From an uncultured virus (IMG/VR IMGVR_UViG_3300020435_000116) (taxonomy: Duplodnaviria > Heunggongvirae > Uroviricota > Caudoviricetes), in the IMG/VR virus record IMGVR_UViG_3300020435_000116, positions 1 to 64,000 of that record: 64,000 nucleotides of DNA; one strand, 5' to 3'. The notes beneath the pieces were generated by a model, which saw only the letters and a program-made list of their open reading frames with translations, searched no databases and had not been told where the DNA came from. The position numbers and the translations under genes are program-made. Positions 1 through 10,101 of the stretch are shown in pieces (the stretch's first letter is position 1; every line of letters starts with the position of its first letter).

Positions 1-2133
1 AGTTATTTAGACCAGCGTAATAAAGAAAGCCTTGCTGATAAAGCTAAAGCTGCGGTTGCTAAATCAACACCTGGTGCTGCGGTGTTAGGTGGGGTAGCCG
101 GTTTCTTAGGCGGACTTACCGATAAGATTAAAGGACTTAACTTATTTGGTGGAGAGGATGACGAGGGTGGTTTCTTTGGTGATGTTGCTGGAGAAGCTGC
201 AAGTGAGATCGCAGGCGATGCGCTAGGTGATCAGTTTGACAGAGATAGTCGTGCTGATCGCAGAGAGCGTAGAGCGCAGCGTAAAGCAGCAAGAGCAAGC
301 TCAGGCAAGCGTGGTATATTTAGTAAGATTAAATCCCTAGGTGGTAAAGGACTAAGTGCCGTGGGTAATTTTATTAAATCACCAGGTAAGGCGTTACTAG
401 CAGCGGGCTCCGGTCTTGCAGGTATGGTAGGAACTGGTGCATCCACCTTAGCGGGTATGGGTTCTAAAGTTGCTTCAGTAGCCGGTAAAGGCGCGTCGAT
501 GCTAGGTGGTGCTGGTAAAGCATTAGGGACACTAGCGCGTGTTGGGTTGTCGGTCGGTCGTGTAGCGCTAGGTCCAGTGGGTTGGGCTGCAACTGCGTTA
601 TGGGGTGCTTATAAAGGCGCTCAGTATCTTAACAGTAGGAGCGATGCAGACCCTATCGAGGATATGCGTTTTAAGCAGATGGGTATCAACACTGAGGAAG
701 GAAGTCAACTTCGTGCGATTCGTCTTTTAGAAGAAGCGTCGCTCGATGATATCACCTTTAATGATAGGGGAGAGGCTACTTTACCTAAAGTTGATTATAA
801 TGACCTTATTGATGAGCACGGTGAAAGATTCAATGTGGATAAGAATAATCCTCAGAATTTAGAAGCCTTTGTTCGTTGGTATGAAGGTACGTTTAAACCC
901 ACGCTGCTAACATATGCAACTTTGGCTAATCGCATCGATGAAGATCTAGATGTGGATGATCTAGATGATGACTTACCTGAAGATCAACTCGTACCGTTTA
1001 CTAAGAAAGCGTTTGAACTTCTAGAGAGTTCACCGGCTATTGGTAATACGTCACCTTACTTTGATCAAGAAGCTACTAGCGATGACGTTGTCACGCAGTA
1101 TAATCGTGTCATGCAGGAGTATGGTGGTGAGTTGAAAGAAACTGTCGAAGCATCTAAGGATAGCCCTGAACCGGTTACATCAGGTTTAGTACCGCCTGCC
1201 TCTTATACTCCACCTAGAGATAAGGAAATGGCAATGCCTGAGACAGTCATTGAGGAACCTCAAGATGCATTAACGCGTAAGCTTAAAGCAGCGGCTATTG
1301 TGTCAGGCGGTTCAGTACTTGCTTTAGGTAGCGGTTCAAATAGCCAGACCTCAACACGTAGACCTTCAATACCTAACAATGCGGTAGCGTTAGGTGGGTT
1401 AGGCGTGACTATGGGTGGTGTGATGGCTGCTAATGCGGATACATATTACCCAGGTGTAGATACCGTGGTTGATCGATCTACACAAATCAACACTTCGGCT
1501 ATTCAACATCACACCGAAGATGGTGCGCGTATTATCAGTGAGGAAGAAGTAGCACGACGCCGTGACAATTACTATTCTAACATTGATAACCGTACGATGG
1601 TGAGTGAGGGTGATGACTATAGTGCGACGCAGCGTTCAAGTATAGAGGACGTAGTAGATTCAAATCGTTATAAGAACGATGTTAACACTTATAATGGTTA
1701 TACTATCAATCTTGATGAAGTTATCAACCAACAACGTTTACGTAATCAAAATGCTGTTCTTTTAGAAGAGCAAAGAGAGCGTGTTGTTCTAGATGATCAC
1801 ATCAGCGCGGTTAATCAGTATTCTGATAAACGCGTAAACGCTGTAGATGCACATCAGCAAATGCACGCAGAGCTAGCAAACGAGCAACTTGGCTATATTG
1901 GTAACATTCTCAATGAGTCACTGTATGTTCAACAGTCTATGGATGATACACTTAAACGCATTTGGAAACACTTGCAAGGTGATGAAGTCATTCCTAAGTC
2001 TGAAGCACCAGTTAGCGGTGGTGAGGCTGCAGCTGAACGTGCTAAACAGCGACAAGCTGAGGCACGTCGTAGACAACTGCTTAATCAGCGTCAACGCTCT
2101 ACACCGCCTGTTGGTATGGGTAAGACCGGATAA
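1..2133 (+). CDS. C-terminal part of a large tail/tape-measure-like virion protein (phiKZ gp181-like), 5'-truncated
   Basis: Frame is open from base 1 (SYLDQRNKE...). Gly/Ala-rich amphipathic segments (ALGPVGWAATALWG) are typical of tape measures. It lies just upstream of a gp182-like gene. Confidence 0.6.
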   Translation, partial: SYLDQRNKESLADKAKAAVAKSTPGAAVLGGVAGFLGGLTDKIKGLNLFGGEDDEGGFFGDVAGEAASEIAGDALGDQFDRDSRADRRERRAQRKAARASSGKRGIFSKIKSLGGKGLSAVGNFIKSPGKALLAAGSGLAGMVGTGASTLAGMGSKVASVAGKGASMLGGAGKALGTLARVGLSVGRVALGPVGWAATALWGAYKGAQYLNSRSDADPIEDMRFKQMGINTEEGSQLRAIRLLEEASLDDITFNDRGEATLPKVDYNDLIDEHGERFNVDKNNPQNLEAFVRWYEGTFKPTLLTYATLANRIDEDLDVDDLDDDLPEDQLVPFTKKAFELLESSPAIGNTSPYFDQEATSDDVVTQYNRVMQEYGGELKETVEASKDSPEPVTSGLVPPASYTPPRDKEMAMPETVIEEPQDALTRKLKAAAIVSGGSVLALGSGSNSQTSTRRPSIPNNAVALGGLGVTMGGVMAANADTYYPGVDTVVDRSTQINTSAIQHHTEDGARIISEEEVARRRDNYYSNIDNRTMVSEGDDYSATQRSSIEDVVDSNRYKNDVNTYNGYTINLDEVINQQRLRNQNAVLLEEQRERVVLDDHISAVNQYSDKRVNAVDAHQQMHAELANEQLGYIGNILNESLYVQQSMDDTLKRIWKHLQGDEVIPKSEAPVSGGEAAAERAKQRQAEARRRQLLNQRQRSTPPVGMGKTG

Positions 2134-2200
2134 TGTAGGATAGGACAAGGATGTCCGTTCTATCATTACTTAATTACAAATTTAATCATAGGAAACCGTT

Positions 2201-4075
2201 ATGACTATACTTTCAGATGTCTTGGAAGATACAGCATGGTTGAGGCAAGCGTTCCTTTTACGCAAGTCAGACATTGACGATGTTGATAAAAAACGTCGCG
2301 TGTTTTCAATGGCGTCAACAAAATACACAGATACCACATTAGGTGGTAACTACACAATTAATAACCCCCCTCAGTTTACTCGCCATGCGGATATAAAAGC
2401 AAAAGCACCATTTAGCCCCTCTAAGGGTATGGGGCGCTATTATAGCGAGGCGATAGACGATAACTCAATTACGCTACATATGCGTTTTGGGGTAGCGGAG
2501 TACAATTCGTTAACAACGTTCTTTACTAACTTCTTTGATAGTTCAATGGGGACGTTGGCTCGTACAGGCGAATCGACTGGGGTTTTGTACAACATTGGTA
2601 AGGTAGCTGGATTTCTATTTGCTATCCCCTTACTTCCTTTTGTGGTTGCTGGACGTATTTATCGTTTTTTAGATGATAAGCCATATAGTAAATACTACTA
2701 CCTCAAACCTACGATGCCTCTATACTGGGGCGCGGTTAATACTATCGTTAATAACTTAGCGGTAAACATGGGTTTGATAGGCGCTGCTGATATTGACTCT
2801 TATACCGTTAACGCGGATGGAAAGGCAGAACCTAACTACGAGGCGGGGTTAACATCTAAAGAGATAGAAGCGTTTAATAAGCTATTGCCGGATGTTTTTC
2901 GTGGAGATGGAGGTGTTGACATATATGCGATTGCTAACCGTGCTCAACGTATTCGTAATCGACAGATTGTCCTACAGCAGGCTGCGCTTCAAAATGCAAC
3001 AACCAGCGAAGGGTTAGCTACTGCAGCAAGACGTATGACCGAGCAAGACATTGGCCCTATTCCAGCAGGTTCTTCATTAAAAGACTACATGGCGCGTTAT
3101 CACTCTACGTCCATGGCTCAGGGTGCGGATGCGGATAAAGAGAAACAAGATCCTATTGGTTCTTGGGAATCTGGGTTTTTTGAACATCTTTCTAGTGAGT
3201 TATCGGATGGTTCACATTGGGTGAGTTTTAAGGTTAATCCTGATCGCTCTATCAATGAATCTTTCTCTAACACAACTGGTGAGTCTGACATTGCCAATAA
3301 GATCAACGGTATGTCGTCCTCAGCGCGTTCTGCGAGGTTTTCTACCTTAGATGGTAATATCGGCGATGGTGTTATCTCTGGAGCCATAGAAGGCATTATA
3401 GGCGGTGCTAAAGACGTTATTACTGGTGTTGCTGATGGTGTAGGTTTATCAGGTTTAGCTGCTCTAGGTGGTCGTGCCTTTGTAGATATCCCGGAACACT
3501 GGCAGGATTCCGTTGCTGAATTACCCAGTGAGTCTTACACGCTAGAGCTAAGAGCACCCTACGGTAACAAGATGAGTATCTTTACTAACATCTACGTACC
3601 GTTGGCTATGATCCTTGCAGGCGCGTTACCGTTATCAACAGGTGCGCAGTCGTATACCAGTCCGTTCCTTTGTGATCTGTTTGTTAAAGGTCGACAGCAA
3701 TCTAGATTATCAATCATCGACAGTGTATCTATTACACGTGGTGTGGGTAATATAGGTTGGTCAGTTGATCATCTACCTACGGGTATAGATGTTACAATAT
3801 CTGTTAAAGACCTATCAACAGTCATGCACATGCCACTTAATGATAGTCCAGGTCTCTTTGATGATGATTCATCCTTTAGTGACTATATGGGTATCTTAGG
3901 TGGTCTAGGGTTAACCGAGCAGTTCTATCCTGTTCAGAAGCTGAAGCGTCGATTTGTTCAAGCTACACAAGAGTTTGAGAAATGGACATCTCCTGCGTTC
4001 TATGCGCAGCATGTTTCAGCAACTGTTCCCGGTAGAATACTGGCGGCGGTTGCTCGTAATACAGGTCGTGGATAA
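2201..4075 (+). CDS. Virion baseplate/tail structural protein (phiKZ gp182-like)
   Basis: 624-aa ORF with AGGA RBS. Motifs DTTLGGNYTINNPPQFT and GMGRYYSEAID are recalled from phiKZ-like gp182 homologues. Synteny with the gp181-like gene. Confidence 0.6.
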   Translation: MTILSDVLEDTAWLRQAFLLRKSDIDDVDKKRRVFSMASTKYTDTTLGGNYTINNPPQFTRHADIKAKAPFSPSKGMGRYYSEAIDDNSITLHMRFGVAEYNSLTTFFTNFFDSSMGTLARTGESTGVLYNIGKVAGFLFAIPLLPFVVAGRIYRFLDDKPYSKYYYLKPTMPLYWGAVNTIVNNLAVNMGLIGAADIDSYTVNADGKAEPNYEAGLTSKEIEAFNKLLPDVFRGDGGVDIYAIANRAQRIRNRQIVLQQAALQNATTSEGLATAARRMTEQDIGPIPAGSSLKDYMARYHSTSMAQGADADKEKQDPIGSWESGFFEHLSSELSDGSHWVSFKVNPDRSINESFSNTTGESDIANKINGMSSSARSARFSTLDGNIGDGVISGAIEGIIGGAKDVITGVADGVGLSGLAALGGRAFVDIPEHWQDSVAELPSESYTLELRAPYGNKMSIFTNIYVPLAMILAGALPLSTGAQSYTSPFLCDLFVKGRQQSRLSIIDSVSITRGVGNIGWSVDHLPTGIDVTISVKDLSTVMHMPLNDSPGLFDDDSSFSDYMGILGGLGLTEQFYPVQKLKRRFVQATQEFEKWTSPAFYAQHVSATVPGRILAAVARNTGRG

Positions 4076-4126
4076 CGGCATAACCTACCTCTACCCATGA
4101 TAGGTAGAGGTAGGGTCTTTATGCGT
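4075..4126. terminator. Bidirectional hairpin element with TATGCCGT/TATGCGT tails (copy A)
   Basis: acggcataa-cctacctctacc-loop-ggtagaggtagg-gtctttatgcgt between convergent stop codons. Confidence 0.8.
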
Positions 4127-5084
4127 TAAGGCTATTAGCTAGGCTAGTGGGATTGAAACGACGCATCAGTATAGATTGATCTTCCTGAGGCGTGTCGTTG
4201 GCAATCATGATAGCCGTAGATGTTTCACTTTGTGTCGACAATACCGTTTTAGCATCGTCAGATATACCACGCAAAGAACTAATATCTTTAACGTTATCTC
4301 CGCTGGCGTCGCTACGCATCCAGCTAGTGTCGATGGTCTTAATTTGTTCAACTAACGTCGCTCCGGCGCGTTGATGGTTATTCGGGTTGTTATCACCTGC
4401 AAGACTGTAATTCTTTAGCAGAGTATTAACAAGATTAGGGTTATTGGCTTTAAGCTTAGCTGAACCTACTAACTTAGATAAAGAAGCAAGACTAGCCGCA
4501 TCCCCACGTTTAGCAGCTACAATGCCCTGCTTGGCAATACGTGTTGCACTGAAGTCTAACCCTACTACTTCTGCTAGACAGTCGATTAAACCTGCTAGTC
4601 CTAGTAATAGGGCCTCTAAAAGCAGCGTATCGTTGACAGCTCGCGCCGTTGTTCTATCTTCAATGCTGGTACCGCTACACATACCGTGTATCTGAGTTAC
4701 CATATCTTGAAACGCTTTTGCCTCGCTAAGCTCCGTTGCTATCCCCTTTACAATAGTTCCATCTAGTAATTTAACCGTCTTTTGACCTACAGTGCTATCT
4801 TCTTGCAAGAATCCTTGTAAGTTCTTAACTGCAGTAGCACTTAAGTTAGAAATAGAAATGTTCTTACCCGTAGCAGAAGACAGACCTGAACTAGTAGGCG
4901 CAGCAGGTGCTTTGCTAGCAACACGCTTAACTGCACTGTCTATAGATTTAGATGAAACATTATCAGGAGAGCTCACAGCATCTACTAGAGATTTAGAGCT
5001 AGGGGTAGATGATGAACTATCAGAGGGGGAGAATAGATCAACAACCTTAGGTAACGATTTTGTTGCGGTAGTAAAAAGACTCAT
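4119..5084 (-). CDS. Hypothetical protein, possibly virion-associated
   Basis: 321-aa ORF with AAGGAG RBS and Ser-rich N-terminus. Confidence 0.6.
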   Translation of the reverse strand: MSLFTTATKSLPKVVDLFSPSDSSSSTPSSKSLVDAVSSPDNVSSKSIDSAVKRVASKAPAAPTSSGLSSATGKNISISNLSATAVKNLQGFLQEDSTVGQKTVKLLDGTIVKGIATELSEAKAFQDMVTQIHGMCSGTSIEDRTTARAVNDTLLLEALLLGLAGLIDCLAEVVGLDFSATRIAKQGIVAAKRGDAASLASLSKLVGSAKLKANNPNLVNTLLKNYSLAGDNNPNNHQRAGATLVEQIKTIDTSWMRSDASGDNVKDISSLRGISDDAKTVLSTQSETSTAIMIANDTPQEDQSILMRRFNPTSLANSLNA

Positions 5085-5193
5085 ACAAGGTCTCCTTCAA
5101 TGCAAAAAAAGAAAGTGAATACAATGGTCGAGCCTACCTGCAAGCAGATAGGTCGACGCATCGTTATAGTTTTTTAAGGGCGTAGCTTATTGT

Positions 5194-5589
5194 TTATTTT
5201 TCATGTTCATCTGGTTCTTGATGTTCCGAGAACTGCAGTTCAACACTGTGTTGCGTTACCTTCTTGCGAATAGTAAGTTCTACGCTAAAGCGTATACGAG
5301 TCGCACCTAAGAATCGCATCATCTTAAGAAACGTTTTAATGGTCATCGGGTCAGATGCCATTTGTTTATTAATATTGCCACGTGCCGTGTGTCTAGGCTT
5401 ACCAGATCGAGGTAGACCATTGACTGGATCGTTGAGATACGTATCCATACGGCGGTTCCATCCCATTGGGGTGATATTAAAATCATCCAAGATTACTCGA
5501 AACAATCGACTCAACGCGCCTCTAGCCGATAGTGTCTTTTTATTAGAATCTTGTAGTATTTCATTCACGCTATATCTGTCGTCAAACAT
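5194..5589 (-). CDS. Conserved jumbo-phage hypothetical protein
   Basis: 131-aa ORF overlapping the upstream gene. The LSRLFRVIL...RGNINK pattern is recalled from phiKZ-like phages. Confidence 0.6.
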   Translation of the reverse strand: MFDDRYSVNEILQDSNKKTLSARGALSRLFRVILDDFNITPMGWNRRMDTYLNDPVNGLPRSGKPRHTARGNINKQMASDPMTIKTFLKMMRFLGATRIRFSVELTIRKKVTQHSVELQFSEHQEPDEHEK

Positions 5590-6112
5590 AATCGTTTAAA
5601 ATCACTTTTTCAAGTGCCTCCAGCATTTGTCCTATGTCTTGAAATAAACGCATCATCCGTCGAGAATAATAACTGTAGCGAGCGGTATTTTCTTTTTCCA
5701 TGACCATTAGAATGTCGTGGATAGGAGTAACTGCTTCACTCAATGCTTCCCAAAACCGTTGGATATCGATGTCGTATTGCTCGTCATCTACCAGCCAGGC
5801 GTCCAAGGTTAAGGTGGTGCGTCTACTCGTTAATGCCATTGCTTCAGCAGGTATCTCTGCATTCTTTTCAACGGCGTCTTTAACAATGTTTATGAACTCT
5901 AACATTTGCTCAGCGTTGCGGTGCCATACTATCATCGTAATAGCTTTGCCGTCTTTAGGACGGTAGAAAGCGAAGTCACGAGATGTGTACAGTGAGACCA
6001 AACCACCAAGAACTTTAGCGTTCATACTATTACGCATGGTTTTAAACTGCGTCCTGAATAGGACTATTCGTAGCCACAGTTTAAGCCTATACCAGCGAGA
6101 GGGTGCTTTCAT
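5582..6112 (-). CDS. Hypothetical protein
   Basis: Start moved to ATG 6112 (MKAPSRW), which is preceded by GAGGT. Confidence 0.6.
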   Translation of the reverse strand: MKAPSRWYRLKLWLRIVLFRTQFKTMRNSMNAKVLGGLVSLYTSRDFAFYRPKDGKAITMIVWHRNAEQMLEFINIVKDAVEKNAEIPAEAMALTSRRTTLTLDAWLVDDEQYDIDIQRFWEALSEAVTPIHDILMVMEKENTARYSYYSRRMMRLFQDIGQMLEALEKVILNDYV

Positions 6113-6149
6113 ATTTACCTCATTGCTATAGTTATTACAACTCACCTAT

Positions 6150-6159
6150 GTAATGTAGG
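6150..6159 (-). promoter_or_regulatory. Putative early promoter motif CCTACATTAC
   Basis: Recurs upstream of several minus-strand genes. Here it sits inside a TCACCTA/TAGGTGA inverted repeat. Confidence 0.55.
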
Positions 6160-6192
6160 TGAATAATTTATACGAATCCTAGGGAGGCTTCT

Positions 6193-6609
6193 ATGTCTTT
6201 ACTTGATACAATGAAGGACCGCACAGAAGATGAGGTCCTGTCCCTAACACAGCGCACGCGAATGGCGATTCTAGAAGACATGACTAAAGACGGCATGCCT
6301 AATAATAACCGAGATCGTCGTGTGTTGCTTGAATTGGTTAACGGTGCCGATACCACCGCCCTTGCTATGAAGCGTATGGAACAAGATTCCAAACAAAGCG
6401 AGCAAGACAATGCCGCTGCAATTATGGCAGCGAAGATTATGGCGAAGACAGGCGGCAACAATCCGTTTCAAGCTGAAGCAGGGAGACATGAGAAAGTCAT
6501 TAACACCCTGCCTGATAATGCATTACCTGAACCAACATTGGTTGAAGGTGAGCTAGACGTAGGTGTTAGCGATCTTAACTACGAGGAGTTTATGAAGAAG
6601 TTTGACTAG
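6193..6609 (+). CDS. Hypothetical protein
   Basis: 138-aa ORF with GGAGG RBS. Confidence 0.7.
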   Translation: MSLLDTMKDRTEDEVLSLTQRTRMAILEDMTKDGMPNNNRDRRVLLELVNGADTTALAMKRMEQDSKQSEQDNAAAIMAAKIMAKTGGNNPFQAEAGRHEKVINTLPDNALPEPTLVEGELDVGVSDLNYEEFMKKFD

Positions 6610-7328
6610 GTATACATGTTAAATGCTTTTATATCTAGAAACTGCAGATTCATATACCCTGTTAATGCAATGGTGGCTGCGTCCCATACATTCATTTTCT
6701 TAAAGAACATGGTGGCTGTCTCGTCAAGGGACGCTTCCATGTTTTGTGCCGCCTCGCCAAATGCCTTTAACTTAGGGACATACCACACCATCTCAGATAG
6801 ATGCTGTTTACGTAGGGCGTTATGATGCATGGTGAACCACGGTATAAAGTCATACATAAACACTGTCTTGTAAGTGCCTTGGAAGAATGCTGGCGTGGTA
6901 ATATGGCGAGGGACGTTAATAGTCTTTATATCCGTAATACCAACGTGGTGAGCAATGCTATTGACAATAACCTGACAGTGAGACTCTGGTAGGTTATAGG
7001 GGGCCGTGTTGATATGGATGGATACCGGGTCGGCTAAGGGATTGCCTGACGTACCTTTGTTAACCTCAGCAATGAAGTCCTTTAACACGCTAACCATGTT
7101 AGTCATCATTGCACGGGCTAGTATAGTAATGTCATGGTGAGTATAAAGATCCTCAATAGCCTTTGTAGACAGCTTAGGTAGAATGGCCGACCAATCATCG
7201 CTTACACGCTTATCATACGCGCCTTTTAATAACTCCTGTGCTGTATTTGCATCGTAGATACTTTCTACACAAGCAAGGCGAGTATCCATCAGCGTATTAA
7301 GTTCTACATAAACAGTCTGGTTACTCAT
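6606..7328 (-). CDS. Conserved jumbo-phage hypothetical protein
   Basis: 240-aa ORF in an operon with the RNAP fragment. N-terminal VYVELNTLMDTRL. Confidence 0.65.
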   Translation of the reverse strand: MSNQTVYVELNTLMDTRLACVESIYDANTAQELLKGAYDKRVSDDWSAILPKLSTKAIEDLYTHHDITILARAMMTNMVSVLKDFIAEVNKGTSGNPLADPVSIHINTAPYNLPESHCQVIVNSIAHHVGITDIKTINVPRHITTPAFFQGTYKTVFMYDFIPWFTMHHNALRKQHLSEMVWYVPKLKAFGEAAQNMEASLDETATMFFKKMNVWDAATIALTGYMNLQFLDIKAFNMYT

Positions 7329-7331
7329 TAC

Positions 7332-7805
7332 CTATCCCTTACTTAATTCAGAAAACAACGCTAGAATATCAGGACACATCTGCATTAGAAACAATACCGT
7401 CAACCATAAGTTACCGGTATATAACGTTTCTATAACCACATGGTCTGGTACCGGTTCTCTATACGCGTCGTCAGTGAGACTTCCAGCAGCATTAGCATGG
7501 ACAACGCTGGTTGCTATTAACGCATTAACACGCTTAAGCGCATCATCGTTCTCAAAGCTACTTAAACGCCACTGCGTAATAATTCGTTCCAGTGTGACCA
7601 ATGACTCATTGTCATTACGAATAATGTCCCAAATCTTTTTTACGTCTTCTTTCTCAAAGACACGTGTGAAATTAAAACGACTGTTTATCTCGTAAAGCTT
7701 AGCAATAGCTGATTGACTTTTCTTTTTTGTTAAGTTAGCCAGTGTACTAGACGTTATATTGTTCAAACTGCTAATAACATCTAGCATCAATTCTTTATCA
7801 TTCAT
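7332..7805 (-). CDS. Hypothetical protein
   Basis: 157-aa ORF overlapping the RNAP-fragment stop codon. Confidence 0.65.
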   Translation of the reverse strand: MNDKELMLDVISSLNNITSSTLANLTKKKSQSAIAKLYEINSRFNFTRVFEKEDVKKIWDIIRNDNESLVTLERIITQWRLSSFENDDALKRVNALIATSVVHANAAGSLTDDAYREPVPDHVVIETLYTGNLWLTVLFLMQMCPDILALFSELSKG

Positions 7806-8466
7806 TTAGGTTATTCCTTAAATGCATGCCTGTCAATATAGCACTTAATGTTTCAGTTGATTTTACTTTAGAACCTAGGGCTTTGATACTTTCAATGTCT
7901 GCTTCACCTGTTTCTAGGATCTGACGATTCATCTCATTAAAAGCTACCTCATCCCCACCACGAAGTTTAATTAACTCTTCAATAGCGCTATCCACCCCGA
8001 TAGATAGAAGTACACCAAGTTCAGGGAACGATAATGCAGACCCTTTAGAGATACCGGTTGCTTGACCTGTCAGCTCGTCAACTACGTTATTGTTAGCAGG
8101 TGTAGACATTTTCTTATCTAACAACTGAGACTGACGTCGTACAGGCATGTCAACCACCATGTACTCATGAGGTGTCGTATAGGTTTCGCCCGTATCAGTA
8201 TCAGTCAGTACAATACGTTCAAAGAAGCTATGCCCAAGCGCTTTAGCAATCTTAACATTACGTGTGGTATCTAGCTTAGCTTCGTTGAGGTTAGGTGCGA
8301 TGATAGGAAGTACAAATCCATCTTTAATCTTCTGCATTAACGCTGCAAAAGCACGATCACTCATTCCCTTAAACATTTCCTCGTATAAGGCTTTATTCTC
8401 ACCCCCTGGTAAGATCTTATCCATATATTCAAGGATAAATGCTTCTGCTTTTTTACGATTAGCCAT
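7798..8466 (-). CDS. Virion RNA polymerase beta-subunit C-terminal fragment (phiKZ gp149-like)
   Basis: DELTGQATG..KGSALSFPELGVLLSIG..EELIKLRGGD aligns by eye with the RpoB C-terminal motif (TQQPLGG..GEMEVWALEAYG..QEMLTVKSDD). Size matches a split subunit. Confidence 0.8.
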   Translation of the reverse strand: MANRKKAEAFILEYMDKILPGGENKALYEEMFKGMSDRAFAALMQKIKDGFVLPIIAPNLNEAKLDTTRNVKIAKALGHSFFERIVLTDTDTGETYTTPHEYMVVDMPVRRQSQLLDKKMSTPANNNVVDELTGQATGISKGSALSFPELGVLLSIGVDSAIEELIKLRGGDEVAFNEMNRQILETGEADIESIKALGSKVKSTETLSAILTGMHLRNNLNE

Positions 8467-8499
8467 AATGTCTTTCTCTTAATGATACGGTAGTTGGTC

Positions 8500-8955
8500 T
8501 CATACCGATGCTTTAAGTAACGGTATGTTTTGGCTAAGAAACTCACTTAAACTACGAGACCATTGACTGCGTTTAACCACCCCAGGTAGTTGAGCAAAGA
8601 CACACTGCTTCTCATCCATTAGTAGTTCGTAAAGGAACGTTACATCCTCTTCACCCATTTCAATAGCAACAGCACAGCATAATAACGCGCTGGCTTCGCG
8701 GTGACCGTTGTCAAAGGCTGAGAAGAAACCCTGGATGCTCAATGCGTCTAATTCGTGTTTTGATATAGTTTCAACACGGCGACACAGTTCTTCGGCTCCT
8801 AGTTGATCAAAGGCTAAGTCGCCCTTTCCTAAAAGATATCGCATAAGCGCGATACGACATTGGTCTTCTAGTACATCTCTGTATGTTCTATCACATGTAG
8901 AATCTAAAAGCTGCTGCTTGATACGCACATGGTGATGGCAGTATTTGGCTCGCAT
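8500..8955 (-). CDS. Hypothetical protein
   Basis: 151-aa ORF with AGGA RBS, co-oriented in the operon. Confidence 0.6.
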   Translation of the reverse strand: MRAKYCHHHVRIKQQLLDSTCDRTYRDVLEDQCRIALMRYLLGKGDLAFDQLGAEELCRRVETISKHELDALSIQGFFSAFDNGHREASALLCCAVAIEMGEEDVTFLYELLMDEKQCVFAQLPGVVKRSQWSRSLSEFLSQNIPLLKASV

Positions 8956-8966
8956 AACAGAATTTC

Positions 8967-9305
8967 CTATTCATGCCACGGCGGTAGGTCGTCGTAGATT
9001 TGATGATTTAATAATAATTGGTGTTCTATGACAAACGGGACAACGTATTGAACAAAGTCAATAATCCATTGGTCTTGACTTACATTATCGTTAAGGTAGC
9101 TTCTTATCTCGACAGTATCTGTATTAGTAACAGTACCTAGATGCATGTGCCAGAAACAATTAAGACGTGTTAGGTGAGTACGGCTTCGCGGATGAGCATC
9201 TGTAGGATTATATTGTTGTCGAAAAGCTTCAGCTATAGCTTTGTTTTTTCTGGACAAGTAGTAATAGACTTCATCGTGTAATGCCATATCACTACCCTCT
9301 ATCAA
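8967..9305 (-). CDS. Hypothetical protein
   Basis: 112-aa ORF. The start may be the downstream MALHD. Confidence 0.55.
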   Translation of the reverse strand: MIEGSDMALHDEVYYYLSRKNKAIAEAFRQQYNPTDAHPRSRTHLTRLNCFWHMHLGTVTNTDTVEIRSYLNDNVSQDQWIIDFVQYVVPFVIEHQLLLNHQIYDDLPPWHE

Positions 9306-9715
9306 GTAGGTTGTAACGTAACTGCATGGGTAGATCCTTTATCACGCATCACAATTGAAATTAATTCACCCAAGCTGATAACTTGCACTTCGCTTGGCTT
9401 AAAAATATGTTTCATGAAACCAGCATGTTCCCATCCATAATAGGGACATTCGTGGATATCGCTGGCAGGGTTCTTATAACCACTATGCCATGGCCATTCA
9501 CCGGCACCGGCTCTTAAGAACATGGCTTTGATAATTAGATAGTCGCAGTAACTCTCACACCGTACTGCCTTTTCAAACAGCTCGGGGATAGCGCGGGCGT
9601 TAGCTTCTTCTACTACTTTATACGTGTCGTCGTGGTCGAATTTAACACCTAACATAGAAAGGAAATTAATAGCGTTAATACGACCTTCTTCACTTAGGTC
9701 AAATATAGTATTCAT
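9302..9715 (-). CDS. Hypothetical protein
   Basis: 137-aa ORF with GAGG RBS. Confidence 0.6.
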   Translation of the reverse strand: MNTIFDLSEEGRINAINFLSMLGVKFDHDDTYKVVEEANARAIPELFEKAVRCESYCDYLIIKAMFLRAGAGEWPWHSGYKNPASDIHECPYYGWEHAGFMKHIFKPSEVQVISLGELISIVMRDKGSTHAVTLQPT

Positions 9716-9723
9716 AGTCGCCT

Positions 9724-10101
9724 CTAGTATAGTACAATAAACGTATTGTCAGGATTTTGCTTATAGGCATAGTCAAACGCATGCTTAGTACCTTTACTCA
9801 CCCCATCCCAAAAGAAAAGGCAAATATCAGAAACATCAACCATTGTTTTATTACGCTTAAAGCCTGCTGATTTCCCATACAGATCCCACCGTGCCTTAAA
9901 TTCAATAAACTTAAGACCATTAATCTCAGCATATTCCCTAGCTAACGTATCAGCTCCCCTAGCCCCACCACTTACTATGGTGAAGGTGTCTTTGAGGACA
10001 CCTATCTTAACCAAGTAAGCAATGGTTCTACATAAGAGATGATAACTAACGAATCCGCGTGAACCCCCTATGAAGAGGGCTTGTTCTTCAACTTGGTCCA
10101 T
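9724..10101 (-). CDS. SLOG-superfamily protein (DUF2493/YspA-like)
   Basis: Motifs IGGSR, IVSGGARGADTLA, AGFKRN and FWDGVSKGT. Confidence 0.8.
   Translation of the reverse strand: MDQVEEQALFIGGSRGFVSYHLLCRTIAYLVKIGVLKDTFTIVSGGARGADTLAREYAEINGLKFIEFKARWDLYGKSAGFKRNKTMVDVSDICLFFWDGVSKGTKHAFDYAYKQNPDNTFIVLY

Noticed and set aside
2130..2168. CCTACATTAT on the minus strand as an early promoter
   Set aside because: It would point antisense into the tail gene and forms one arm of an imperfect hairpin after the stop codon, so it is more likely a terminator or chance match.
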